Of a stretch of 64,000 nt of DNA, positions 26,363 to 35,237 are shown piece by piece; position 1 is the first letter of the stretch, and each line of letters opens with the position of its first letter. This DNA comes from Candidatus Limnocylindrales bacterium (GTDB lineage: Bacteria; Chloroflexota; Limnocylindria; Limnocylindrales; CSP1-4): positions 356-64,355 of the forward strand of contig JANWLH010000124.1 in NCBI GenBank assembly GCA_025450915.1. Reading direction: 5' to 3'. The notes beneath the pieces were generated by a model that worked only from the letters and a program-made list of their open reading frames with translations, ran no database searches and was not told where the DNA came from. A program made the translations under genes and the position numbers.

Positions 26363-27280
26363 ATGACCGTGGCTTCCGACGGCGGGGTCCCTTCGGGCCC
26401 AGCCGCCGGATCCTCGTCCGGGCTCGTCAAGCGATTCGGCAGGGCCCTACCGGCCCTGCCGGGCCTTGCCGTGCTCCTCTTCCTGTTCCTGGTCCCGATG
26501 GCGATCATGTTCGTGTTCAGCTTCTGGCGCACGAACAACGACTTCGTCGTCGTGCCCGAGTGGAACCTCGGCAACTACGCCCGGTTCTTCGTCGAGGGAA
26601 CCTACCTGCGGACCTTCATCAAGACCCTGATCATGGCGGGCCTCGTCACCGTGGCGGCCCTCGCGATCGGCCTGCCCTTCGCCTACTTCCTCGTGCGCTA
26701 CACGGGCAAGCTGACCCAGCGCGTGATCCTGCTGGCGGTCATCGTTCCGTTCTGGACGAGCTACCTCGTCCGGGTCTATGCCTGGCAGGCAATCCTCGGC
26801 GAGCACGGCGCGCTCAACCAGATCCTCCAGGCAATAGGGGTCATCAAGGTCCCCCTGGACATCTTCAATTACGACGATCCGGGCGTGTTCGTCGTCCTCA
26901 CCTACATCTACTTCCCGTTCGCCCTGCTGGCCCTGTATGCCTCACTGGAGAAGTTCGACTTCACCCAGCTCAACGCTGCCCAGGACCTCGGAGCGCGGCC
27001 GGACCAGGCGTTCCGGCACATCCTGCTGCCCCAGATCCGGGCCGGGATCATCACCGCCTGCATCTTCGTGTTCATCCCGATCCTGGGTGAGTTCCTGACG
27101 CCGACCCTGGTGGGCGGCGCCCAGAGCAGCCTGATCGCGAACCTCGTGCTGAACTTCCTGCGGAATGACCAGTTCGCGGAGGGCGCCGCCCTGGCCATCA
27201 TCATTGCGGCCTTTGTGACCGCGATCATGATCGTGTTCCGGAAGTCGTTCCGGGTTGAGGACGTGGTCACCAGTGGCTAG
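26363..27280 (+). CDS. ABC transporter permease (PotB-like)
   Basis: 305-aa ORF with six hydrophobic helices and an EAA-type loop (LNAAQDLGARPDQAFRHILLPQ). Confidence 0.88.
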   Translation: MTVASDGGVPSGPAAGSSSGLVKRFGRALPALPGLAVLLFLFLVPMAIMFVFSFWRTNNDFVVVPEWNLGNYARFFVEGTYLRTFIKTLIMAGLVTVAALAIGLPFAYFLVRYTGKLTQRVILLAVIVPFWTSYLVRVYAWQAILGEHGALNQILQAIGVIKVPLDIFNYDDPGVFVVLTYIYFPFALLALYASLEKFDFTQLNAAQDLGARPDQAFRHILLPQIRAGIITACIFVFIPILGEFLTPTLVGGAQSSLIANLVLNFLRNDQFAEGAALAIIIAAFVTAIMIVFRKSFRVEDVVTSG

Positions 27281-27302
27281 GGGGACCAGCCCGCTCGAGA
27301 CG

Positions 27303-28133
27303 ATGCCGGTCAGCCGCTTCGCCCGGCAGACGCGCTGGTCGCTGATCGTCCTGACGGGCGCGATGCTGGCCTTCCTGTACCTGCCGATCGCGTTCCTGAT
27401 CCTGTTCTCGTTCGAGGACGCGGCGACGCCGGGCCTCCCGATCACCGGGCTGACCCTGCACTGGTACCAGGTGCTCGCGTCGGATTCGGCGATCCAGAGT
27501 GCCCTGCTGACCTCGATCGAGGTCGCTGTCGTGGTCACGATCATCGCCTCGATCGTGGGCACGATGGTCGCCTTCCCGCTGGTCCGCCGTGGCGTCCGCG
27601 CCCCGGGCCTGCTCCGGCTCGGCTTCACCCTGCCGATCATGATCCCGGGCTTCCTGATCGGGATCGGGCTGCTGATCTTCTTTCGCCAGGGGCTCCATCC
27701 GCTGATCGATGTCCAGCTCGGCCTGTACACCGTGGTCGCCGGCCACCTGGTCTTCACGATCCCGTTCGTGGTCCTGATCGTCGCTTCCCGACTGCAGGGC
27801 TTTGACCGCCGCCTCGAATGGGCCGCCGCGGATCTCGGAGCGGGGCCGTGGCGGACGCTCCGCCACATCGTCCTGCCCTTGATCGCGCCGGCGATCCTTG
27901 CCGGTGCACTCCTGTGCGTGACCCTGTCGATCGACGAGTTCGTGATCACGTTCTTCCTCATCGGCCCGCAACAGACCCTGCCGCTGTACATCTACACGCA
28001 GATCAAGTTCGGGGTCACGCCCGAGGTCAACGCGATCGCGACGGTCATCCTCCTCGTATCCCTGTTGGCGGTCACGCTCGGCTCGATCCTGCTCACGAGC
28101 AGCCGCCGGCTGCGCCGCCGTCGGGCCGAATGA
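27303..28133 (+). CDS. ABC transporter permease (PotC-like)
   Basis: Lies in ORF 27255..28133. The EAA-type loop is LEWAAADLGAGPWRTLRHIVLPL. The start is ATG 27303, or GTG 27273 overlapping the previous stop (uncertain). Confidence 0.85.
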   Translation: MPVSRFARQTRWSLIVLTGAMLAFLYLPIAFLILFSFEDAATPGLPITGLTLHWYQVLASDSAIQSALLTSIEVAVVVTIIASIVGTMVAFPLVRRGVRAPGLLRLGFTLPIMIPGFLIGIGLLIFFRQGLHPLIDVQLGLYTVVAGHLVFTIPFVVLIVASRLQGFDRRLEWAAADLGAGPWRTLRHIVLPLIAPAILAGALLCVTLSIDEFVITFFLIGPQQTLPLYIYTQIKFGVTPEVNAIATVILLVSLLAVTLGSILLTSSRRLRRRRAE

Positions 28134-28143
28134 ACGAGCCCGC

Positions 28144-29145
28144 TTGAGCGGCCTCCTCGGCTCGCGCCCCGGTCCGGAGGCACCGCTCCGAATCGGGTTC
28201 CAGGTCTGGGGCATGTCTGCAGGCTGGGATGAGCTGATGGCCGCCGGCGAACGGATCGAGGCCCTCGGCTTTGCCAGCCTGTTCGCCAACGACCACCTGA
28301 TGCCGATCCTGGGCGACGCCGACGGGCCCGTCCTGGGCGCCGAGGGACCGGTCTTCGAGGGCTGGATGACGCTCGGTGCCTGGGCGGCAAGGACGAGCCG
28401 GGTGCCCCTCGGGGTCCTGGTCTGTGGCGTCGGCTATCGCAACGTCGGGCTGACCGTCAAGATGGCGACCGCCCTCGACCACGCGAGCGCGGGCCGGGCG
28501 ATCCTCGGCATCGGTGCGGGCTGGCACGAGCCCGAGCACCGCGCATTTGGCTACGACGCGCTCTCGCTTGGCGACCGGATCAGCCGCCTCGACGAGGCGA
28601 GCCTCCTGGCCCGCGGGCTGCTCGACGGCGACGCAGTGACCCTGGCCGGCCGCTGGGTACGGGCCGAGGCAGCACGCAACGATCCGGAACCGGTCCAGGC
28701 GCACCTGCCGCTGCTGATCGGGGGCAGCGGCGAGAAGCGAACCTTGCGGATCGTCGCCCGGGACGCGGACATCTGGAACGGCGAGGGCGACCCCCAGACG
28801 TACGCCCGAAAGAGTGGCGTGCTCGACGAGCACTGCGCCGCGATTGGTCGCGATCCACGTTCGATCCGGCGGACCGTGGGCATCCAGCCCATCTGCATCA
28901 GGTCGTCACGGTCCGCGGCGGTCGACGCGCTCGCGACCATTCTCGCGAGGCAGGGCGGCAGCGCAGCCGATGCCCGGGCGTGGGCAGCCAGCTCGCCCCT
29001 CGCCGACACCGAGGAGACGGTGATCGGCTTCCTGCGGGGCTGGCACGAGGCCGGTGCCGAGGAGGTGGTCGTCGACCTGCCGATTCCCGTCGACGACGAG
29101 ACGATCGAACGCCTGGCCGGCTCGGTCCGGACGCGCCTGGCGTGA
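28144..29145 (+). CDS. LLM-class F420-dependent oxidoreductase-like protein
   Basis: 333-aa ORF. Blocks LRIGFQVWG, LFANDHLMP, LGIGAGWHEPEH and LLIGGSGEKRTLRIVA are typical of the F420-dependent LLM subgroup. The start codon (TTG 28144) is uncertain. Confidence 0.82.
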   Translation: MSGLLGSRPGPEAPLRIGFQVWGMSAGWDELMAAGERIEALGFASLFANDHLMPILGDADGPVLGAEGPVFEGWMTLGAWAARTSRVPLGVLVCGVGYRNVGLTVKMATALDHASAGRAILGIGAGWHEPEHRAFGYDALSLGDRISRLDEASLLARGLLDGDAVTLAGRWVRAEAARNDPEPVQAHLPLLIGGSGEKRTLRIVARDADIWNGEGDPQTYARKSGVLDEHCAAIGRDPRSIRRTVGIQPICIRSSRSAAVDALATILARQGGSAADARAWAASSPLADTEETVIGFLRGWHEAGAEEVVVDLPIPVDDETIERLAGSVRTRLA

Positions 29146-29184
29146 TTCCCTGTCACTCCGTCCAAGCCAAGGAGGTTCACCCTG

Positions 29185-30186
29185 ATGCGTGCTGCCGTCT
29201 ATGAAGGCGAGGGCCGGCTGGTTGTCCGTGATGTTCCGGATCCGGTGCCGGCCGCCGACGAGGTCCTGATCGAGGTCGAAGCCTGCGGCGTGTGCGGGTC
29301 CGACGTCCAGATCATCAACATCCCGGCGGGCCATCCGTCGACCCCGCCGGTGATCATCGGCCACGAGTTCGTGGGCTGGATCCGGGCGGTCGGATCGGCG
29401 GTCCGCGATCTCGCGGTCGGCAGCCGGGTCGTCTGCGATCCCGATCCCAAGTGCGGCGCCTGCGACTCCTGTCGGGCCGGCCGGCCGGCCAACTGCACGA
29501 ATATCGTGGCGCTCGGCGTCTACCGCGACGGTGCGCTGGCGCAGTACGTCACCGCCCCGGCGAACAGCGTCTATCCGATCTCCGAGGACGTACCGGCGGA
29601 GCTCGCGGCCCTGGTCGAGCCCCTCGCCTGTGTTGTCAACGGAACAAACCGGGCCGGTCTCCGTCCGGGCGAATCGGTCGTCGTCTTCGGCGCCGGAGCG
29701 ATCGGCTGCCTGTTCACGGCGGTCCTCCACGCGGCCGGCGCCGCCCGGATCATCGTTGTCGAGCCGAGCGCGGCCCGTGCCCCGGTCGCCCGGGCGTTGG
29801 GCGCGGCCGACGTGCTCAGCCCGGACGACTGGGCAGCGCGGCGCGCCGAGCTCATGCCGGCCGGAGCGGACGTCGTCGTCGATGCCGTCGGGAGCGTCCT
29901 GCCCCAGGCGATCGAGGCGGCGGGGATGGGCGCCCGGGTGATCGTCTTCGGGATGAACCAGAACGCCCATCCGGCCGTCCACCAGGTCGAGATCGTCGAG
30001 AAGGGCCTGTCGATCCTGGGCTCGTACATCTCGAACTTCACGTTCCCCGCCGCCATCCGCCTGGTCGAGAGCGGCCAGCTGAACCTGGCCCCGATGATCA
30101 CCGCCACGATCCCGCTCGACGACACCGTCGCGGGGATCGCCCGGATCCGCTCGGGCGAGGCCGTCAAGATCGTCATCAAGCCGTGA
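29185..30186 (+). CDS. Zinc-dependent medium-chain alcohol/polyol dehydrogenase
   Basis: ATG is preceded by AAGGAGG. Catalytic Zn motif CGVCGSDV...GHEFVG, structural Zn cysteines CDPDPKCGACDSC, and Rossmann VVFGAGAIG. Confidence 0.9.
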   Translation: MRAAVYEGEGRLVVRDVPDPVPAADEVLIEVEACGVCGSDVQIINIPAGHPSTPPVIIGHEFVGWIRAVGSAVRDLAVGSRVVCDPDPKCGACDSCRAGRPANCTNIVALGVYRDGALAQYVTAPANSVYPISEDVPAELAALVEPLACVVNGTNRAGLRPGESVVVFGAGAIGCLFTAVLHAAGAARIIVVEPSAARAPVARALGAADVLSPDDWAARRAELMPAGADVVVDAVGSVLPQAIEAAGMGARVIVFGMNQNAHPAVHQVEIVEKGLSILGSYISNFTFPAAIRLVESGQLNLAPMITATIPLDDTVAGIARIRSGEAVKIVIKP

Positions 30187-30212
30187 TCGAAGAAGCTCCA
30201 GGGGAACCGACC

Positions 30213-31142
30213 ATGACCACCGCCTCCTTCCGGGTCGCGAGCGCTCCCGTCTCCTTCGGCGTCGATGAGGTCCTCAGCGACGACGCCTGGATGCCCGCCC
30301 CGGACGACATGCTCGACTGGATGGTCGATATCGGCTTCGAGGGGACCGAGCTCGGCCCGCCCGGGTTCCTCGGGGATGCCGCCCAGGTCAGGGAACGCCT
30401 GACGGGCCGGAACCTCGAGCTCGTCGGCGCGTTCATCCCCCAGCATTTCAGCCGGAACGAGCGGGCGGCCGAGGATCGGATCGTGCTCGACGACAGCCTG
30501 CGCGTGCTGGCCGAGGGCTCGCCCTCCGGCTCCCGCCCGTTCGCCGTCCTGGCCGACCACTTCGACGAACCGGTGCGCCTGGGGATGTCCGGCCGGATCG
30601 CGAACCATCCCGAGGCGTGGCTCTCGGACGCCCGCTTCCAGGCCCTCGTGGACAACCTGCATCGCGCCTCGGAGGTCTGCCGGGCCGCGGGCTTCGAGCC
30701 CGTCCTCCATCCCCACGCCGGGACGTACATCGAGACCGCCAGCGAGATCGCCCGGGTCCTCGAGGCGATCGACCCCTCGCTGCTGGGCCTGTGTCTCGAC
30801 ACCGGCCACTTCCGCTACGGCGGGGCGGACCCCACCCAGGCAGTCCACGACTATCACGATCTGATCCGCCACGTCCACATCAAGGACTGCCGGAGCGCCG
30901 TGATCGACAGCGTCGCGGCCGATGACAAGGGCCTCGAGGAGGCCCTGAGCCGGGGTGTCTTCTGCGAGCTCGGCGCCGGCGACTCGAAGATCGACGCCGT
31001 GATCGAGGCGTTGCGCGCCTACGACTACCAGGGCTGGCTGGTCATCGAGCAGGACCAGGCGCTGCGCTCCAGCGACACGCCCGAATCGGTCGTGGCCGGG
31101 CAGCGCGCCAATCGCGAGTACCTGCGCCACCTGGGGATCTAG
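30213..31142 (+). CDS. Inosose dehydratase-like TIM-barrel protein (IolE-like)
   Basis: Lies in ORF 29292..31142 with ATG at 30213. Blocks VLHPHAGTYIET, CLDTGHFRYGG, HVHIKD and GWLVIEQDQ parallel the B. subtilis IolE layout (from memory). Confidence 0.8.
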   Translation: MTTASFRVASAPVSFGVDEVLSDDAWMPAPDDMLDWMVDIGFEGTELGPPGFLGDAAQVRERLTGRNLELVGAFIPQHFSRNERAAEDRIVLDDSLRVLAEGSPSGSRPFAVLADHFDEPVRLGMSGRIANHPEAWLSDARFQALVDNLHRASEVCRAAGFEPVLHPHAGTYIETASEIARVLEAIDPSLLGLCLDTGHFRYGGADPTQAVHDYHDLIRHVHIKDCRSAVIDSVAADDKGLEEALSRGVFCELGAGDSKIDAVIEALRAYDYQGWLVIEQDQALRSSDTPESVVAGQRANREYLRHLGI

Positions 31143-32218
31143 TGGAGACGCCCCTGGGCCTGATGGCCCGTACGACGCCGACCCAGTACTGGAACGATTC
31201 GTGCTCGGTCGCCGAGCTCGAGTACGCGCTGGGCAACGGCGCCGTCGGGGCAACCTCGAATCCGACGATCGTGGGCGAGGTCCTCAAGAAGGAGCTCGCC
31301 ACCTGGCTGCCCCGGATCCGCGCGATTCGTGACGAACGCCCGACAGCCTCGGATGTCGAGATCACCTGGCAGCTGATCGAGGAGATGGCGATCGGCGGGG
31401 CGCGGATCCTGGCGCCCGTCTTCGAGCGGGTCGGCGGGCGCTCGGGCCGGCTGTCCATCCAGACCAACCCGACCCTCCATCGCGACGCGGCGGCGATGCT
31501 CGAGGAGGGCCGCCGCTTCTCGGGCCTCGCCCCGAACATGCAGGTCAAGTTCCCGGCCACCGCCGCCGGCCTGGAGGCGATCGAGGACGCGACCTTCCTG
31601 GGGATCTCGATCAACGGGACGGTCTCGTTCACCCTGCCCCAGGCCCTGGCGGTGGGTGCGGCCGTCGAGCGAGCGCTGGTGCGCCGAGAGGCGGCCGGCC
31701 TTGCTGTCTCCACGATGAGCCCGGTCTGCACGTTGATGATCGGCCGGCTCGATGACTGGATGAAGGCGATCTGCGAGCGCGACGACATCAGCATCGATCC
31801 AGCGGCACCGAACTGGGCCGGGATCGCGGTGCTCAAGCGGGCCGCCGCCATCTACCAGGAGCGGGGCTACCGGACCCGCCTGCTGGTCGCCGCCTACCGC
31901 CACCACCTGCACTGGTCCGAGCTGATCGGCGGCGACATCTCCCTGACGATCCCGTACGCCTGGCAGCGACGCTTCAATGCCTCGTCGATCGAGGTCCGTC
32001 CGCGCTTCGACGATCCCGTCCCGCCGGCGCTGCTCGACGAGCTCCAGGCGCGGATTCCCGACTTCGTCCGGGCCTACGAGCCTGATGGCCTGGCCGTGGC
32101 CGAGTTCGACGGCTACGGCGCGACGGTGCGCACCCTGCGCGGCTTCATCGGCTCGTACTGGGACCTCGTCCGGACGATCGACGACGTCCTGCTGCCGAAT
32201 CCGGACGTCCGGGCCTAG
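31142..32218 (+). CDS. Transaldolase-family protein
   Basis: GTG 31142 overlaps the preceding TAG. Blocks TTPTQYWNDS, GATSNPTI and NMQVKFPAT (Schiff-base lysine context). The start could instead be ATG 31163. Confidence 0.88.
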   Translation: METPLGLMARTTPTQYWNDSCSVAELEYALGNGAVGATSNPTIVGEVLKKELATWLPRIRAIRDERPTASDVEITWQLIEEMAIGGARILAPVFERVGGRSGRLSIQTNPTLHRDAAAMLEEGRRFSGLAPNMQVKFPATAAGLEAIEDATFLGISINGTVSFTLPQALAVGAAVERALVRREAAGLAVSTMSPVCTLMIGRLDDWMKAICERDDISIDPAAPNWAGIAVLKRAAAIYQERGYRTRLLVAAYRHHLHWSELIGGDISLTIPYAWQRRFNASSIEVRPRFDDPVPPALLDELQARIPDFVRAYEPDGLAVAEFDGYGATVRTLRGFIGSYWDLVRTIDDVLLPNPDVRA

Positions 32219-32258
32219 CGAGGCTCGGACAGCAGGCCGGCGTCCGAATCCGCGCGGT

Positions 32259-33080
32259 TCACGACACGCACGCATAGAGGTAGCGCCGGCCGACCCCCGG
32301 CGCATCGATCTCGAATCGGTACGCCGCCTTCGGCAGGGCCGTCCCGCGGGGCAGGGCGAACATCGCGACTGCACCAGGCCCGGCGTTCGGCAGGCGATAG
32401 CTGGCGTCGATCGGCTGGCCGCTCAGGGAGACGATCAGCGAGCGGACCCGCGAAAGCTGAACGTTCGGGCCATCGAGGTCGGCAACGGTCACCGCCGCCG
32501 CCGGGTCCATGCCCGGGTACGTCACGCCGAGGTAGAGGACCCGGTCAGAGGGCAGAGGAACGGCAAGGCGCAGCCGAGGGACCGCCTTCGCCGTGCAGGG
32601 CAGGTTCGGATGGCCCGGCCGCTCGATCGGCTTGGTGCTGAAGTTCACGCCCTGCTGGAGGACGAGCAGTGGCGCGCCTGATCCGGGCAGCGCGGTCGGA
32701 TGTGGCAGGGCAGGCTCCTCGGCAGGCCCGGCGAGCGTTGGGCTCAGCAAGGCGACAACCGTCCACTCGTTGTCGATGAGCGAGAGGTAGTCCGCCGTAT
32801 CGGGGGTGCCCGATTCCGCGCCCGGCCGCGGCGTGGCGGCCGGGCCGGCTGCCGCCGATGCTGCCGGCCGATTGGCGACTGCGGCCGACGACTGCGGGCC
32901 GGGTGATGCCGCGGGCCGCAGGCCGCCGCTCCACGGCTGCCAGACGAGCGTCGCGAGGAGGAGGCCGACGACGACCGCCAGGCCCACCGGCCGGCGGCTG
33001 CTGCCGCCGCCCAACGGCACGACGGGCTGTTCGAGCCGCGCCCGGACGGGGACCGGGTCGCCGGATCCGCCGTGAGTCAC
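32259..33080 (-). CDS. Membrane-anchored hypothetical protein (N-terminal TM helix, Pro/Ala-rich linker, ~170-aa extracytoplasmic domain)
   Basis: Lies in ORF 32259..33179. GTG 33080 overlaps the stop of the upstream PPOX gene (GTGA). The TM segment is GLAVVVGLLLATLVW. No family recognised. Confidence 0.6.
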   Translation of the reverse strand: MTHGGSGDPVPVRARLEQPVVPLGGGSSRRPVGLAVVVGLLLATLVWQPWSGGLRPAASPGPQSSAAVANRPAASAAAGPAATPRPGAESGTPDTADYLSLIDNEWTVVALLSPTLAGPAEEPALPHPTALPGSGAPLLVLQQGVNFSTKPIERPGHPNLPCTAKAVPRLRLAVPLPSDRVLYLGVTYPGMDPAAAVTVADLDGPNVQLSRVRSLIVSLSGQPIDASYRLPNAGPGAVAMFALPRGTALPKAAYRFEIDAPGVGRRYLYACVS

Positions 33081-33520
33081 GCCAGCCAGCGTCCGTCGGC
33101 GAACACATCGCGCCCGTCGAGCTCGGCGTAGCCTCGATAGGCCTGGATCCGGGCTGGCATGAGCCGGAAGAAGCGCCACGACCCGGGCTCCCCTGTCGGG
33201 CTCCAGCCGACGGCCGCCTCGAACCCGGCGTGGAGCGTCGCGTCCGCGGACCCGACGGGCAGGCTCTCGGTGAGCCTCGCGTCGATGACGATCACGTCGT
33301 CGGGCGTTCCGAGGCCGAGTCGCGCGACCCCGGTGGCGTCAAGGTTGCGAGCCGTCCGGCTCGACCCAACCGTGGCGATCAGGAAGTCCGGGTCGTGCCA
33401 CCAGGCCGATACGGCGACGAGGTGCGGCCGGCCGGATGAGCTCGCGGTGGCAATCCACAGGTCGGCGTTCCGCTCGAAGGTCGCGAGGACATCGGCCTTG
33501 CGCTGCTGAATCGGTCGCAT
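33077..33520 (-). CDS. Pyridoxamine 5'-phosphate oxidase (PPOX)-family protein, FMN/F420-binding split-barrel type
   Basis: 147-aa ORF. LWIATASSSGRPHLVAVSAWW..., followed by the FLIAT and ARNL blocks, is typical of the PPOX-class split barrel. Confidence 0.78.
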   Translation of the reverse strand: MRPIQQRKADVLATFERNADLWIATASSSGRPHLVAVSAWWHDPDFLIATVGSSRTARNLDATGVARLGLGTPDDVIVIDARLTESLPVGSADATLHAGFEAAVGWSPTGEPGSWRFFRLMPARIQAYRGYAELDGRDVFADGRWLA

Positions 33521-33526
33521 CTCGCG

Positions 33527-34282
33527 CTAGCTCCGGCGCAGGACTCGCTTGATCCCGACCCGGGCGCCAGTTGGCAACGCGGCCCACAGCGGCACGACCA
33601 CGTCGCTGCGCAGGCGCTTGCGGGCTTTCGTCGCCATCCGGCGGGTCGTCTTCATCCGCGGGGCAAGCCAGTGCCGGACCCGGAAATTGCGGATCTGGAA
33701 GTCGCTCACTTCGGCGACTCGCCGGCCGAGGATGATCGAATAGAGGGCAACGACCGGCGTGACCTCCGCGAGGTGCTCACGCTGGCGGGCGAGCAGGAAC
33801 ACACCCGGCGAATCCGGATCTCGCTCGAGGACCTCGATGTCCAGGTCGGTGAAGATGACCCGCATGTCCTCGGGCTCGTAGCGCCAGAAGTCGTAGGGAT
33901 AGCCGTGGTACTGGAAGCCGATCGAGCGCGTCGTCACGAGCAGCAGGCCGCCGGGACGCAGGACCCGTTTCAGGTTGCTGATGACGGTCGGCCAGTCGCG
34001 GACGTGCTCCATCATCTCGGTCGTCAGCACGACATCGAAGGACGCCGGGCCGAAGCGCTCGACAAGGGCGGCGGCGTCCATGACGATGTCGACCCGCTGG
34101 CCGGGCATCATGTCGACGCCCACGTAGCGGGCGGGCTTCAGGGATTCGACGTGCGGCCGAATCGAGCCGTTGAAGTCGAGCGAGCCGACTTCGAGGACGT
34201 CCTTGCCCTCGATCTCCCCCGCCGTTAGGACCCGCTCGGCAAACGCGATTCCCGACGTTCCGCACACAGGCAGACTCCCCAT
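33527..34282 (-). CDS. Class I SAM-dependent methyltransferase
   Basis: 251-aa ORF. Motif I VLEVGSLDFNG, post-I VGVDM, and motif III-like RVLRPGGLLLVTT. Confidence 0.85.
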   Translation of the reverse strand: MGSLPVCGTSGIAFAERVLTAGEIEGKDVLEVGSLDFNGSIRPHVESLKPARYVGVDMMPGQRVDIVMDAAALVERFGPASFDVVLTTEMMEHVRDWPTVISNLKRVLRPGGLLLVTTRSIGFQYHGYPYDFWRYEPEDMRVIFTDLDIEVLERDPDSPGVFLLARQREHLAEVTPVVALYSIILGRRVAEVSDFQIRNFRVRHWLAPRMKTTRRMATKARKRLRSDVVVPLWAALPTGARVGIKRVLRRS

Positions 34283-34391
34283 CGCAGCGCGGAATATCGA
34301 CCGGCGATGATCGACAGGGCCTGCCGACCTGAGGCCAACAATACAGGACCTCGGCGCACCGATATCGAGCTGATTGATCGGCTCGCAGACC

Positions 34392-35237
34392 TCAGGGCAG
34401 GGCGATCAGGGCGATCGCGATCAACGCGAGGACGATGCCGGCGACCTGCGAAGATCCCAGGTGTTCCTTGGTGATGACCCGGGCGAGGATGGTGGTCGCT
34501 GCCGGATGCTGCGAGCCGACCACGGCCGCGATGCCGACGGAGCCCTGGTTGACCGCCAGCAGGAAGAACGCGGCGCCACCGACGTCGGTCACGCCGAGCG
34601 CGAGCATCGTCGGAATGAGGTTGCGCGGAATCCAGGCCAGCCCGCCATTGCGGGCCAGCAAGGGGATCGCGAAGGCGAGGCCGCTGATGTGGCTCATCGC
34701 CAGCGGCCACCACGTCCCACCACCGGCGTGCTCGCTGGCGCCCATCGCCAGGTAGAAGCCGCTGGCACCGATTCCCGACGCGACGGCCAGGAGCAGCCCG
34801 GGCCGGCTCAGGACGCTGGCCTCGGCCGGCCGGGTGACCAGCACGATGGCGACGAGCGCGAGGACGATCCCGGCAACGTCGAGGGTGGTCAGCTGGTCGC
34901 CGAAGACCGCCCCGACAAGGACGGGCACGCCCGCCCCGACAAGGGCGGCGATCGAGGCAACCAGGCCCATCGCGCCGGTTGTCAGGGCCATGTACAGGGT
35001 GGTCAGGGCGACGATCCCGGCGCAGCCGGCGATCGCCGCGAAGGCCAGGGCCGCCAGTGGCGGGAGCGGTTCGCGAACGACGACCAGGACCAGGGCGATG
35101 ATCCCCAGGCCGACGGCCTGGGACGGGACGACCGTCGCGAGGGGCGTCGTCCGCCGGCTGACGGTGCCGCCCAGGAAATCGGACGAGCCCCAGCTGGCGG
35201 CCGTCACCAGCCCGTAGCCGACTCCGGCGGGCGTCAC
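34392..35237 (-). CDS. EamA/DMT-family membrane transporter
   Basis: 281-aa ORF with 10 hydrophobic segments. GTG 35237 overlaps the stop of the upstream lactonase gene (GTGA). Confidence 0.8.
   Translation of the reverse strand: MTPAGVGYGLVTAASWGSSDFLGGTVSRRTTPLATVVPSQAVGLGIIALVLVVVREPLPPLAALAFAAIAGCAGIVALTTLYMALTTGAMGLVASIAALVGAGVPVLVGAVFGDQLTTLDVAGIVLALVAIVLVTRPAEASVLSRPGLLLAVASGIGASGFYLAMGASEHAGGGTWWPLAMSHISGLAFAIPLLARNGGLAWIPRNLIPTMLALGVTDVGGAAFFLLAVNQGSVGIAAVVGSQHPAATTILARVITKEHLGSSQVAGIVLALIAIALIALP

Noticed and set aside
24009-28133. Straightforward annotation as a spermidine/putrescine uptake system
   Set aside because: The family resemblance is real. However, the operon context (cyclitol/sugar enzymes and an iol-type operator) argues against assuming polyamines as the substrate, so specificity is left open.
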